A stretch of 64,000 nucleotides of DNA, from the NCBI GenBank assembly GCA_051002235.1, contig JBPCMN010000042.1:2903-66902 (forward strand). Direction: 5' to 3'. The translations under genes were made by a program, and so were the position numbers. A model generated the notes under the pieces. The model had not been told where the DNA came from. It did not search any database and saw only the letters and a program-made list of their open reading frames with translations. This DNA is from Acidimicrobiia bacterium. GTDB lineage: Bacteria > Actinomycetota > Acidimicrobiia > IMCC26256 > JACDBD01. Of this stretch, positions 9,259 through 18,937 are shown piece after piece. Each line of letters starts with the position of its first letter. Positions within the stretch are counted from its first letter, which is position 1.

Positions 9259-9506
9259 CCCGCCGTCACCCTCCGGCTACCGGCGTAACGGCTTGGCATC
9301 GTCGCACCGGCGGGATGGGGATCGTAAGTGGGACAACCCGGTTTCTCACTGTGCACTCACTGTGGAATTCACCGCCGGTGCTCCCCAGGCCCTGTGCACT
9401 ACTCCCGGTATTGAACCCGGGGGGTGTGACAGTTATCCGGGTGGGCGTCAGCTATCGCGCGAAGGCGCCGGTCAGCCGAGTGCTTCGCCGAGTGATCTGG
9501 GTCGAG

Positions 9507-9953
9507 CTAGTCGGCGACGACCTCGACCGGAATCTGAACCACGACGTCGGGGTGGAGTCGCAGCGGGACCTCGGCCGGGCCCAGTGCCTTGAGCGGCTCG
9601 GGCATGGAGAGATGACGACGGTCGATCTCGACGCCGACCTGGGCCTGGACCGCGTTGGCGACATCGGTGCTGGTCACAGAGCCGAACAGTCGACCGCCCT
9701 CGCCGGCGCGCGCGGGGATCTTGATCCGGCGACCGGTGAGCTGGTCGGCGAAGGCCTGGGCCGCCTCGCGGTCGCGCGCGTCGCGCGCCGCCCGGTTGCG
9801 CCGCATGGCTTCCGCCTGCTTGACCGCACCCTTGGTGGCACGGATGGCGAGTCCGCGGGGAACGAGATAGTTGCGGGCGTATCCGTCGGACACTTCGAGC
9901 AGGTCACCCTTGTTCCCGAGGGTTTCGACGTCGGCACGCAGCACGATCTTCAT
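9507..9953 (-). CDS. rplI: 50S ribosomal protein L9
   Basis: [36 protein letters not shown] is a canonical L9 N-terminus. ATGA overlap with the rpsR stop. Confidence 0.95.
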   Translation of the reverse strand: MKIVLRADVETLGNKGDLLEVSDGYARNYLVPRGLAIRATKGAVKQAEAMRRNRAARDARDREAAQAFADQLTGRRIKIPARAGEGGRLFGSVTSTDVANAVQAQVGVEIDRRHLSMPEPLKALGPAEVPLRLHPDVVVQIPVEVVAD

Positions 9954-10537
9954 TCGCTCGCCTCGCCGGCTTCCACCGCGTCGGCTTCCACTGTCGCGTC
10001 GGGCACAGGCGCGTCGGGGGCTGTCGAGTCAGGCGGCGCGCCGTTCTCAGGCGGCGATTCGATGTCGGTCGCGACCGCGTCGACGCCGATCGCCTCGACC
10101 TCGGCAACCTCGACGTCGTCGGGTACCGGCGGCGGGCCCGCGGGCTCGGCCGGCGGTCCCATGCCGGCCATCGGGTCGCGCAGGATGTCGCGGTCGTCGC
10201 GGTCGCCGCGGTCGCCGCGGTCGCGTCCGCGACCGCCCTTGCTGCGCTGGGTCACCTGCCGCACGGCGTACGGCAAGAGCGCCATCTCGCGGGCCACGCG
10301 GATCGCCCGGGCCACCGCCCGCTGCTGCTGGGCCGAGTTGCCGGTCACGCGCCGGGCGCGGATCTTGGCCCGCTCCGACATGAAGCGGCGCAGCAGGTTG
10401 ACGTCCTTGTAGTCGATCCACTTGATGCTGTCGGTGTTGAGGATCGACACCTTCTTCTTGGGGATCCGGCGCCGGTCGCGCTCCGACTCGCGCTTCCCCC
10501 CCTTGCCGCCCTTGCGCCGCTCGCGATCCTTTGCCAT
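9950..10537 (-). CDS. rpsR: 30S ribosomal protein S18 with ~100-aa C-terminal low-complexity extension
   Basis: S18 core is about aa 25-93 ([26 protein letters not shown]...MALLPYA). It continues in frame for ~100 aa ([15 protein letters not shown], then an acidic Pro/Ala/Asp/Glu tail) up to a stop overlapping the rplI ATG. Confidence 0.9.
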   Translation of the reverse strand: MAKDRERRKGGKGGKRESERDRRRIPKKKVSILNTDSIKWIDYKDVNLLRRFMSERAKIRARRVTGNSAQQQRAVARAIRVAREMALLPYAVRQVTQRSKGGRGRDRGDRGDRDDRDILRDPMAGMGPPAEPAGPPPVPDDVEVAEVEAIGVDAVATDIESPPENGAPPDSTAPDAPVPDATVEADAVEAGEASE

Positions 10538-10650
10538 CCCTATCTCTTCCGCCTCGCTCGCTGCGGCGCAGGGTACCTACGCCGCGGACGCCCGCTCGGA
10601 CGCCAAGTTCCACGCGACTGCGTCTGTTCTGCCGCTTGCACGAGGAGCAC

Positions 10651-11163
10651 CTAGAAGGGCTCTTCGCCGAAGTCGTCGTAGCTCTGGCCGGAGCCGGAGC
10701 CGGAACCCTGGGAGGCGGGCTGGGGGCGGGACTCGCCCCCACCCCCTCCCTGGCCGCCCGATCCGCCGTCGCCGCCGCCCCCGAAGTCGCCGCCGCCTCG
10801 GCGGTCGTTCTTCTTGATCTCGGCCGTGGCCCAGCGCAGGCTCGGTCCGACCTCGTCGGCGACGATCTCGATGACGCTGCGCTTGTCGCCGTTCTCGGTT
10901 TCCCAGGAACGCTGCTCGAGCCGGCCGGTGACGACGACGCGGGCGCCCTTGGCGAGCGACTCGCTGGCGTTGTCGGCCATCTCGCGCCAGCAGACCACGT
11001 TGAAGAAGGAGACCCGCTCCTCCCATTCGTTCGTCTGCCGGTTCATCCAGCGTCGGTTGACGGCCACGCCGAAGCTGGCGTTGGCCTGCCCGCTGGGCGT
11101 GTAGCGCAACTCCGGGTCGCGGGTCAGGTTGCCCACGATCGTGACGTTGTTTCCGTTGGCCAT
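10651..11163 (-). CDS. ssb: single-stranded DNA-binding protein
   Basis: OB fold NVTIVGNLTRDPELRYTPSG..., Gly-rich linker, acidic tip DDFGEEPF. Confidence 0.95.
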   Translation of the reverse strand: MANGNNVTIVGNLTRDPELRYTPSGQANASFGVAVNRRWMNRQTNEWEERVSFFNVVCWREMADNASESLAKGARVVVTGRLEQRSWETENGDKRSVIEIVADEVGPSLRWATAEIKKNDRRGGGDFGGGGDGGSGGQGGGGGESRPQPASQGSGSGSGQSYDDFGEEPF

Positions 11164-11189
11164 GGTGGTTCCTCCCTATGCGTTCTGGC

Positions 11190-11525
11190 CTATGCGTCCG
11201 CCACGCCGGTGCTCGCGGTCTTCGGGGGTCCGTAGACCTCCTTGGGAATCCGCAACACCTTGTGGCGGATGACCTCGTCTGCCAGGGAGAGCACCCGGTG
11301 CAACTCGTCCATCGCCGGAGGCTCGGCCATCGCCTGGAGCACCACGTAGTAGCCCTCCTGGCGGTGGTTCACCTCGTAGGCGAAGCGCCGCTTCCCCCAG
11401 TAGTCGACGTAGCCGGGCTCGGCGCCCTTCGACTCGATCAACTGGGTGTAGCGGCCGACCGCGGCCCGGATCGTCTCCTCTTCCAGGTCCGCGTCGAAGA
11501 TGATCATGACCTCGTACGGCCTCAT
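11190..11525 (-). CDS. rpsF: 30S ribosomal protein S6
   Basis: ORF 11190..11576 trimmed to ATG 11525. MRPYEVMIIFDADLEEE...YWGKRRFAYE is the canonical S6 start. Confidence 0.9.
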   Translation of the reverse strand: MRPYEVMIIFDADLEEETIRAAVGRYTQLIESKGAEPGYVDYWGKRRFAYEVNHRQEGYYVVLQAMAEPPAMDELHRVLSLADEVIRHKVLRIPKEVYGPPKTASTGVADA

Positions 11526-11701
11526 GCCGTACCTCCTTCGGACCGCAGACTGGCTGCGGGCTCCCCGCCCGACCACCTCCCCGGACTGGCCGGCGGGACG
11601 GCGACGAAGAGCAGGATCGGTTGTCGATCGAACGCTTCAGGCTAGCCGAAAGCGCCTCCGACACGACCTATCGAGTCGAGCATACCGACGGGTTGTGACA
11701 A

Positions 11702-12241
11702 CTACGAGGGGCAACCGCCGAGCGATCCGGTGGGCAGTTCACCCCGGAGCGTCTCGAGACCGAAGCGGTAGCGGTCGTCGGCGGAGTACAACGGGCAGTC
11801 GGGGCCGCCCCGCGGACAGGGCTCCATCTCCGTGCGGTCGACGAGCTCACCGTCGCGGGCGTACCAGCCGATGTCGAGAGGGACGGTCACGTACGACATC
11901 GTGTAGCCCGACGTCGAGTCCGACTCGTTGACGAAGAGCATGCCGTCGTACCCACCGAGCTCGGGATGGCCCCGCAGGCCCTGGCCGCGCTCGGCCTCGC
12001 TGTCGGCGACAACGACGCGCAGGCAGTCGTCACCCACCGCGAGCGCGACCTCGGTGAGCGCCGTGAAGGGCGCATCCGCCGGTCGGGGGGCATCGAGGAC
12101 AGCCGCGATGTCGGCGGCGGGCGGTGGAGCCGATTCCGACGAGTCGAGGAGCGCGAAGACCATCACCCCCGCGCCCGCGACCACCAGGCAGAGACCAACC
12201 AGCAGCCCGAGCCGCGGCGCCCGGTCAGGCGTTGGCACCAT
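11702..12241 (-). CDS. DUF192-like exported protein
   Basis: ORF 11702..12352, probable start ATG 12241 before the TM helix LGLLVGLCLVVAGAGVMVFAL. C-terminal DGMLFV...YTMSYVTVPLDIGWY resembles DUF192. Start uncertain. Confidence 0.55.
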   Translation of the reverse strand: MVPTPDRAPRLGLLVGLCLVVAGAGVMVFALLDSSESAPPPAADIAAVLDAPRPADAPFTALTEVALAVGDDCLRVVVADSEAERGQGLRGHPELGGYDGMLFVNESDSTSGYTMSYVTVPLDIGWYARDGELVDRTEMEPCPRGGPDCPLYSADDRYRFGLETLRGELPTGSLGGCPS

Positions 12242-13085
12242 GGAGGCCGAGGGCGTCGGCGACGTCGTCGGCCAGGTGGTACGTCTCCTCGCTGGCCGGG
12301 AACCGCCCCGACCGCACGTCCTCGGCGAACCGGGCGACCGCCGACGTCGCATCGGCCTTGAGCGACGCGTAACGGCGCACGAACTTGGGCGTCAGCCGGT
12401 CTTCGAGCCCGAGCACGTCGTGGTACACGAGCACCTGGCCGTCGCAGTGGCGGCCGGCGCCGATCCCGATCGTGGGCACCGGTACCGCGTCGGTCACCAG
12501 GCGGGCAACGGCGTCGGGCACGCACTCGAGCACGATCGCGAAACAGCCCGCCTCGGCGAGGGCGACCGCGTCGTCGACGATGGCCTGGGCCGCCTCGAGC
12601 TGCTTGCCCTGGACCTTGAACCCGCCGAGGGCGTGGATCGACTGGGGCGTGAGGCCGAGATGGCCCATGACCGGGATCTCGGCGTCGAGGATTGCGTGGA
12701 CCGCGTCGAGGCGCTTGCGGCCGCCCTCGAGCTTCACCGCGGCGGCGCCGGCACGGATCAGCGCGGCGGCGTTGCGGACCGTGTCCTCGCGCGAGAGGTG
12801 GTAGCTGAGCCAGGGCAGGTCACCGATCAGGAGGGCGCGGGGCTTCGCCCGGGCGACCGCGGCCACGTGGTGGGCCATCTCGTCGGTCGTCACCTGGAGG
12901 GTGTCCTCGTGGCCGAGGACAACCATGGCGAGGGTGTCGCCCACCAGGATCATGTCGACCCCGGCGCCGTCGGCCACCCGGGCCGACGGGTAGTCGTAGG
13001 CGGTCACCATGACCAGGGGCGGGCCGTCGCCCTTGCGGGCACGGATGTCGGGCGCGCTGACCGGGCCCGTCGGAGCAACAGTCAT
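12225..13085 (-). CDS. panB: 3-methyl-2-oxobutanoate hydroxymethyltransferase
   Basis: ORF trimmed to ATG 13085. LVMVTAYDYPSARVADGAGVDMILVGDTLAMVVLG and GIGAGRHCDGQVLV are typical PanB motifs. Confidence 0.9.
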   Translation of the reverse strand: MTVAPTGPVSAPDIRARKGDGPPLVMVTAYDYPSARVADGAGVDMILVGDTLAMVVLGHEDTLQVTTDEMAHHVAAVARAKPRALLIGDLPWLSYHLSREDTVRNAAALIRAGAAAVKLEGGRKRLDAVHAILDAEIPVMGHLGLTPQSIHALGGFKVQGKQLEAAQAIVDDAVALAEAGCFAIVLECVPDAVARLVTDAVPVPTIGIGAGRHCDGQVLVYHDVLGLEDRLTPKFVRRYASLKADATSAVARFAEDVRSGRFPASEETYHLADDVADALGLHGANA

Positions 13086-13237
13086 CTCCGGACCTCCGCC
13101 GTCCGGGGCACACACGGCTCCCGGCAGCGAGGCCAGATTACCCCCCTTATAGCCTCGCTCGCTGCGGGCCGGGATACCCGGTCCGCGGGCCCTCGCTCGG
13201 GGCGCCAAGTTCTCTCGAGTCGATTAGGAAGGCGCCT

Positions 13238-13426
13238 GTGAGCGATCGGGTGTGCGAGAACTGCGCGTTCCCGGACGAGGAGCTCGTGCTGGTGCGCCGG
13301 GTCTACCTGACCCCGGAGGCATGGGACCGGCCCGCCTCGGCGCGAGTGGTGGAGGAGGCCGAGCTGTGGTGCGTGTCATGCCGGTCGCACTACCCGAACG
13401 AGCCCGTCGGGGATGGGGACGACTGA
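13238..13426 (+). CDS. small zinc-ribbon-like protein (CxxC...CxxC)
   Basis: GTG 13238 preceded by AGGAAGG. 62 aa with CENC...CVSC pairs. GC3-rich. Confidence 0.5.
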   Translation: MSDRVCENCAFPDEELVLVRRVYLTPEAWDRPASARVVEEAELWCVSCRSHYPNEPVGDGDD

Positions 13427-13456
13427 CGAAGCTGCCATCAGGCCCAGAAAGGCGAC

Positions 13457-13822
13457 TCAGACGGCGTGGCGTCGACCCAGGAGATAGCGGCGATCGAGGT
13501 GGTTCCAGGAACAGTCGAGGCACACCTCGACCACGTAGCACGCGAACTCGTCGTGGGTCGCGCCGAGCTTGGCCAGCTCCCGCTCGTGGGAGATGCAGCG
13601 TCCGTTGGCCCCCTTGAGCTTGTCGCCGTAGACGTAGGAGACCAGGCGGACGTTCTCGAGACCGCACACGGGACAGGCGCGACCGGCGTCCTCGCCCACG
13701 TGGCGCCCCGCCCGGAGGAGCTCGGGGTGGGCATCGCACACGTCGAGTCGGGTCAGCGTCCCGCGGCGGAAGTCGCGGATCACGGCCCGACGGGCCAGGG
13801 CGTAGTCGACGTGCCCGGGCAC
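13457..13822 (-). CDS. conserved actinobacterial protein (DUF5318-like), Cys-rich
   Basis: 121 aa with CPVCG and CLDC motifs. Divergent from PadR-ino1, as in other actinobacteria. The family name is from memory. Confidence 0.6.
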   Translation of the reverse strand: MPGHVDYALARRAVIRDFRRGTLTRLDVCDAHPELLRAGRHVGEDAGRACPVCGLENVRLVSYVYGDKLKGANGRCISHERELAKLGATHDEFACYVVEVCLDCSWNHLDRRYLLGRRHAV

Positions 13823-13957
13823 GGCACGGAGTGTAGGAGCCGAGCCGCGCGTCTTCGCTCGCCTCGTGCCACCGCCGTTGCTTGCGTGAACAACCGCTGA
13901 ACGAAGTGGGCCTTGACGGGGGCGCCCGGTGGGAGCATAATGCCGCTCCGTTGTTGT

Positions 13958-13981
13958 TCCGATATATCGGACCGATATAAT
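13958..13981 (+). promoter_or_regulatory. putative PadR operator overlapping a TATAAT -10 box; near-leaderless padR promoter
   Basis: Perfect 14-bp palindrome TCCGATATATCGGA (13958-13971). CCGATATA repeated at 13972-13979. TATAAT at 13976-13981, 8 nt before the padR GTG (13990). Only AT-rich patch in this region. Confidence 0.45.
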
Positions 13982-13989
13982 AGGCGGTT

Positions 13990-14616
13990 GTGGTGCTCGA
14001 CCTCGCCATTCTGGGTCTGCTCAAGGAGCAGCCCCTGCACGGCTACGAGCTGAAGAAGCGACTGGGCGACACCCTCGGGTTCCTCGGGGGGGTCTCGTTC
14101 GGCTCGCTGTACCCCGCGCTGCGCCGGCTCGAGGACGAGGGGTCGATCGAGAGCGCCGACGGCGCCGGCCCGTCCCTCGGCCCGGTGCCGATGCCGGCCA
14201 CCGGGTCGGTCAGCGGCGAGGTCACCGTGGGCCGGATTCGGCGTGGCGCCCGCGCCGGGCGGCGCACCCGCAAGGCCTACCGGATCACCGACCGGGGCGA
14301 CGCCCGCCTACGGGAGCTCCTGGTGGAGGACGCGCCCGCCGGCAACGACGAGCGCGTCTTCGCCCTCAAGTTCGCCTTCTGCCGTCACCTCCCCCGCGAG
14401 GCCCGCCTCGAACTGCTCCAGCGCCGCCGGGCCGATCTCGGCGAGCGACTCGCCCGGGCCCGGGAGGCCGAGCCGCCCCGCGCCGACCGCTACACCCGCT
14501 CCCTCGTGGAGCACCGCACCGAGTCCATCGAACGCGACCTCGAGTGGGTCGACGAGCTGATCACCGCCGAGAGGCGTCAACTTCCCCGCGAGACACCGGA
14601 AGGAGCCACAGCATGA
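13990..14616 (+). CDS. PadR family transcriptional regulator
   Basis: [47 protein letters not shown] is a PadR winged helix. ATGA overlap with ino1. Confidence 0.85.
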   Translation: MVLDLAILGLLKEQPLHGYELKKRLGDTLGFLGGVSFGSLYPALRRLEDEGSIESADGAGPSLGPVPMPATGSVSGEVTVGRIRRGARAGRRTRKAYRITDRGDARLRELLVEDAPAGNDERVFALKFAFCRHLPREARLELLQRRRADLGERLARAREAEPPRADRYTRSLVEHRTESIERDLEWVDELITAERRQLPRETPEGATA

Positions 14617-15689
14617 GTGGCAAGGAGATTCGACTGGCCATCGCCGGCGTGGGCAACTGCGCCAGCAGCCTCGTGCAGGGCGTGGAGTACTACCGCGCCG
14701 CCGATCCCGACGAGCGAGTGCCCGGCCTTATGCACGTCGTCCTGGGCGGGTACCACGTGAGTGACGTGAACTTCGTGGCTGCCTTCGACGTCGACGCCAC
14801 GAAGGTCGGGCTCGACATCGGCAAGGCGATCTTCGCCGGCCAGAACAACACCATCCGCTTCGCCGACGTCGACGACGTCGGGGTGGAGGTGCAGCGCGGA
14901 CCGACGTTCGACGGGCTCGGCCTCTACTACCGCGAGACGATCGAAGAGTCGTTCGCCGAGCCGGTCGACGTGGCCCAGGTCCTGCGGGACACCCGGGCCG
15001 ACGTGCTGGTGAGCTACCTGCCCGTCGGGTCCGAGGAGGCGCAGCGGCACTACGCCCAGGCGTGCCTCGACTCCGGTGTCGCCTTCGTCAACGCGATCCC
15101 GGTGTTCATCGCCAGCGATCCGGAGTGGGCGCAGCGCTTCACCGACGCCAAGGTTCCGATCGTGGGCGACGACATCAAGAGCCAGGTGGGCTCGACCATC
15201 GTCCACCGCATTCTCACCCGTCTGTTCGAGGACCGGGGCACCGAGCTCGACCGGACCTACCAGCTCAACTTCGGCGGCAACATGGACTTCAAGAACATGC
15301 TCGAGCGCTCACGGCTCGAGTCGAAGAAGATCTCGAAGACCCAGGCCGTCACCAGCCAGATGGAGCACCCACCCGAGAACGGGACCGTGCACATCGGCCC
15401 GTCCGACCACGTGCCCTGGCTCGAGGACCGCAAGTGGGCCTACGTGCGACTCGAGGGCCGCAACTTCGGCGACGTCCCCCTCAATCTCGAGCTGAAGCTC
15501 GAGGTGTGGGACTCGCCCAACTCGGCCGGCGTGATCATCGACGCCGTCCGCTGCGCCAAGCTCGCCCTCGACCGCGGCGTCGGCGGGCCGCTGCTCGGGC
15601 CGTCGGCCTACTTCATGAAGTCGCCACCGGTGCAGTACCGCGACGAGGAAGCCCACAGGATGGTGGAGGCGTTCGCGGCCGGCGAGTAG
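14613..15689 (+). CDS. ino1: myo-inositol-1-phosphate synthase
   Basis: ORF trimmed to ATG 14613. [22 protein letters not shown] and [15 protein letters not shown] are typical of actinobacterial Ino1. Confidence 0.9.
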   Translation: MSGKEIRLAIAGVGNCASSLVQGVEYYRAADPDERVPGLMHVVLGGYHVSDVNFVAAFDVDATKVGLDIGKAIFAGQNNTIRFADVDDVGVEVQRGPTFDGLGLYYRETIEESFAEPVDVAQVLRDTRADVLVSYLPVGSEEAQRHYAQACLDSGVAFVNAIPVFIASDPEWAQRFTDAKVPIVGDDIKSQVGSTIVHRILTRLFEDRGTELDRTYQLNFGGNMDFKNMLERSRLESKKISKTQAVTSQMEHPPENGTVHIGPSDHVPWLEDRKWAYVRLEGRNFGDVPLNLELKLEVWDSPNSAGVIIDAVRCAKLALDRGVGGPLLGPSAYFMKSPPVQYRDEEAHRMVEAFAAGE

Positions 15690-15725
15690 GGCCGGGCCCC
15701 GCGTTGGCAACCCTACGATGACGCT

Positions 15726-16433
15726 ATGAGCAACACGGAGAGTTGGGATCGCATCGCGGCCCGCACGCGCAGCGACCCCCCGAACGACGTGATCCGCTAC
15801 GGGCCCGACGGGCCCACCGAGAACCAGCTGCGCCTGATCGGGGACGTGGCCGGCAAGCGGGTGCTCGATCTCGGGTCGGGGCCGGGCCCGGCTGCCATCG
15901 TCATGGCCAAGCAGGGCGCGTTCGCGATCGCGGTCGACGCCTCCGCCGCCCAGCTCGAGCGGGGACAACAGATCGCCGCCCGCGAAAAGGTCCGCATCGA
16001 ATGGCACCAGGGGGATCTCGCCGACCTCGCGTTCCTGCGCGCCGACTCGATCGACCTGGCGTTCAGCGGGTTCACGATCTCCGAGGTGGGCGACCTCGGC
16101 CGGCTGTTCCGCCAGGTGCACCGGGTCCTTCGGCCCCACGCGGTGTTCGTGTTCTCGTACGAGCACCCGATGGCGCTGTGTATCGGACGCGAGGCGCCGT
16201 CGAGCCCCACGTCGTCGCCGCGACCGGCGGTCCTCGAGTCGTACTTCGGCGAGGAACCGCTCGTCGTCGAGCGAAACGGCGAGCCCATCGTCGTGTACCA
16301 GCGCACGATCGCCGACGTGTTCGCGGCCCTCCGGTGGGCCGGGTTCCGGGTCGAGGTGATCGTGGAGCCGAAGCCGCGGCGGGGCGAGGTGCCCGAGATG
16401 ATCGTGTGGCGCGCCCGCAAGGAGGGGATCTAA
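15726..16433 (+). CDS. class I SAM-dependent methyltransferase
   Basis: SAM motif I VLDLGSGPGPAAIVMA, plus a later DLAFSGFT motif. Confidence 0.8.
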   Translation: MSNTESWDRIAARTRSDPPNDVIRYGPDGPTENQLRLIGDVAGKRVLDLGSGPGPAAIVMAKQGAFAIAVDASAAQLERGQQIAAREKVRIEWHQGDLADLAFLRADSIDLAFSGFTISEVGDLGRLFRQVHRVLRPHAVFVFSYEHPMALCIGREAPSSPTSSPRPAVLESYFGEEPLVVERNGEPIVVYQRTIADVFAALRWAGFRVEVIVEPKPRRGEVPEMIVWRARKEGI

Positions 16434-16485
16434 CTCTTCTGGTCGCGCTCGCTTCGCTCGCCGCTCCCGCACGCCTCTAGTCGCC

Positions 16486-16512
16486 GAGGGGGCCGGGGGA
16501 CCCGGCCCCCTC
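16486..16512. terminator. bidirectional stem-loop between convergent genes
   Basis: Perfect 12-bp stem GAGGGGGCCGGG / CCCGGCCCCCTC with a 3-nt loop, lying between the methyltransferase (+) and cca (-) stops. No U-tract. Confidence 0.5.
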
Positions 16513-16537
16513 GTGGGCCGATGGCAGCTCCTCGCTC

Positions 16538-17938
16538 CTAACCGACCGGTTCGATCCCCCGCTCGGCGGCCCAGGCCCGCAGCCGCTCGTAGGCGTCGGC
16601 CTCCTCGATCGGGCCCTCGTCGAGGCGGGCCTCGAGCAGGAAGTCGAGGGCCTCGCCGACGAGCGGCCCGGGTGGGATCCCGAGGAACGCCATCACCTGG
16701 CGGCCGTCGAGGGGCGGGCGGATGCGGTCGAGCTCCTCCCGTTGGCGGAGCTCGGCGATGCGGGCCTCGAGCTCGTCCATGCGCCGGCTGAGAGCGCGCG
16801 CCCTCGCCTGGTTGCGGGTGGTGCAGTCGCAGCGAACGAGCTGGTTGAGGTCGTCCAGCAGCGGGCCGGCGTCGCGTGCGTACCGGCGGACCGCCCGGTC
16901 GGTCCAGCCCATGGCGTAGGTGTGGATCCGCAGGTGGAGGTAGACGAGGCGACTCACGTCGTCGACGATCTGGCTCGGGTACCGCAGCGCCCGCAGTCGC
17001 TCCTCCGCCATGCGGGCGCCGACGACCTCGTGGTGATGGAAGCTCACGCCTCCGGGCCCGATCGAGCGCGTCTTGGGCTTGCCGATGTCGTGGAGCAGCG
17101 CGGCCAGCCGTACCCGCAGGTTCCTGTGGTCGGTGTTGCGGACGACCGCAATCGTGTGGGCGAGGACGTCCTTGTGCTGGTGGATGGGGTCCTGCTCGAG
17201 CCGCATGGCGTTGAGCTCGGGCACGAACTCGTCCGCCAGCCCGGTGCCGGCGAGCAGCCAGAGGCCCGCCGACGGGTCCTCGACGTGGACCAGCTTGGTC
17301 AGCTCGTCGCGGATCCGCTCGGCGCTCACGATCTCGAGCCGCCCGTGCATCTCCTCGATGGCGTCGACGACGGCGCGCTCGGGCTCGAGGCCGAACGCGG
17401 CGACGAAGCGCGCCGCCCGAAGCATCCGCAGCGGGTCGTCGAGGAATGCCACCTCCGGCGTGAGCGGCGTGCGCAGCCGCCGCGCCGCCAGGTCAGCCGC
17501 GCCGTCGAACGGGTCCAGCAGCCGGGGCTCGGGGAGCTCGAGCGCCATCGCGTTGATGGTGAAGTCGCGTCGGGACAGGTCGGTTTCGATGTCGTCGGCG
17601 AACTCGACTTCGGGCTTGCGGCTCTCGGGCCGGTAGACCTCGGCCCGGAACGTGGTGATCTCGAAGCGGATCCCGTCACGCTCGGCGCCGACCGTCCCGA
17701 ACCGCTTGCCCTGCAACCACACGTGGCCGGCCCAGTCCGACACGATGCGCTCCACCTCGTCGGGCCGGGCGTCGGTGGCGATGTCGACGTCGTCAGAAGG
17801 CTGGTCGAGGAGCGCGTCGCGGACCGTGCCCCCGATGAGATAGGAGCGGTGCCCGGCGGCCGCGAATCGCTCGGCCAGCTGCTGGACGGGCGAGCCGCGA
17901 TCGAGCAGGGGGCGCAGACGCGCCGGGACGGGTGCCAC
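16538..17938 (-). CDS. cca: CCA tRNA nucleotidyltransferase (PcnA-like) with HD domain
   Basis: Pol-beta head GGTVRDALLDQPSDDVDIAT, RDFTINA, HD motif LLHDIGKP. Confidence 0.85.
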   Translation of the reverse strand: MAPVPARLRPLLDRGSPVQQLAERFAAAGHRSYLIGGTVRDALLDQPSDDVDIATDARPDEVERIVSDWAGHVWLQGKRFGTVGAERDGIRFEITTFRAEVYRPESRKPEVEFADDIETDLSRRDFTINAMALELPEPRLLDPFDGAADLAARRLRTPLTPEVAFLDDPLRMLRAARFVAAFGLEPERAVVDAIEEMHGRLEIVSAERIRDELTKLVHVEDPSAGLWLLAGTGLADEFVPELNAMRLEQDPIHQHKDVLAHTIAVVRNTDHRNLRVRLAALLHDIGKPKTRSIGPGGVSFHHHEVVGARMAEERLRALRYPSQIVDDVSRLVYLHLRIHTYAMGWTDRAVRRYARDAGPLLDDLNQLVRCDCTTRNQARARALSRRMDELEARIAELRQREELDRIRPPLDGRQVMAFLGIPPGPLVGEALDFLLEARLDEGPIEEADAYERLRAWAAERGIEPVG

Positions 17939-18060
17939 GTCGCCATTCTCCCCCGCAGGGGGTGGATGGGGGTCGTGAATGAAGCGCGAGCATCCGCGCG
18001 ATCCGCCCAGTCCTTGGATACCTTCGACGCTGCGACGCGTTCGATCAGGCGGAGGATCGG

Positions 18061-18351
18061 ATGAGACGGTGCGGACGGCCGGGCTGCAACGAGCCCGCGA
18101 CGGCGACGTTCACCTTCAGCAGCCGGCACCAGTCGGTCTGGCTCGACCATCTCGGCCAGACCAATGCCTCCGCCGGCCACCTCTGCCAGCGGCACGCCGA
18201 CGCCCTGGCGCCGCCGAGAGGCTGGGAGCTCCACGACCGCCGCGACCTCGCCCGGGTCATCGAGCACGCGGCCGAGCCCGAGCCCGAGATCGACGAGTCC
18301 CGCACCCCGTTGCTCGCCCGCGCGTTCCGCGGTGCCCGCCGCGCCAGCTGA
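18061..18351 (+). CDS. DUF3499-like protein
   Basis: CGRPGCNEPATATFTF...HLCQRHADALAPPRGWEL resembles the actinobacterial DUF3499 pattern. Family name from memory. Confidence 0.6.
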   Translation: MRRCGRPGCNEPATATFTFSSRHQSVWLDHLGQTNASAGHLCQRHADALAPPRGWELHDRRDLARVIEHAAEPEPEIDESRTPLLARAFRGARRAS

Positions 18352-18408
18352 CCGAAACCCGACGGCCGGGCCGAGAAGCCCGGTGCTACGTTCGGATCGG
18401 AAGGCGGC

Positions 18409-18915
18409 GTGATGGACCTGAGCTCAGGCGAGACCTGGCGCTGGATCTGGCTTCTTGCAGCGGCGGGGTTCGCCGCCGGCGAGATCGCGGTGGCCGGCAC
18501 CTTCTTCCTCTTGTCGTTCGCCATCGGTGCCACCGCCGCCGCTGTTGTCGCGTTCGTCGGTGGCGGCGTGATCGCCGGGTGGGTCGCGTTCGTCGCCGTC
18601 TCCGGCGCCAGCCTGGCCGTCCTCTTTCCGCTCGGCCGCCGCCTCGACGCCCGCAATCCGACGCCACAGGTCGGCGCGCATCGATGGGAAGGGCAGATCG
18701 CGACCGTGCTGCAAGACATTCCCGCCGGGCTGCACGAGAGCGGGGCCGTGCGCATCGATCGGGAGGAATGGCGGGCCGAGAGCACCAACGGCTCGCCGGT
18801 TCCCGCGGGGACCCGGGTCGTGGTCGCTCGCGTTGCCGGGACGAGGCTCGTGGTGATACCGCATCCGATCGAGGTGGCGCCCCCACGGACCTCGGGACCT
18901 TCCCGGTCCGCCTGA
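18409..18915 (+). CDS. NfeD family membrane protein
   Basis: N-terminal TM helices plus a C-terminal OB-like [14 protein letters not shown]...[16 protein letters not shown]. Lies immediately upstream of an SPFH gene. Confidence 0.75.
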   Translation: MMDLSSGETWRWIWLLAAAGFAAGEIAVAGTFFLLSFAIGATAAAVVAFVGGGVIAGWVAFVAVSGASLAVLFPLGRRLDARNPTPQVGAHRWEGQIATVLQDIPAGLHESGAVRIDREEWRAESTNGSPVPAGTRVVVARVAGTRLVVIPHPIEVAPPRTSGPSRSA

Positions 18916-18937
18916 TCGGCGTCGAGAGGAGGCTCAC

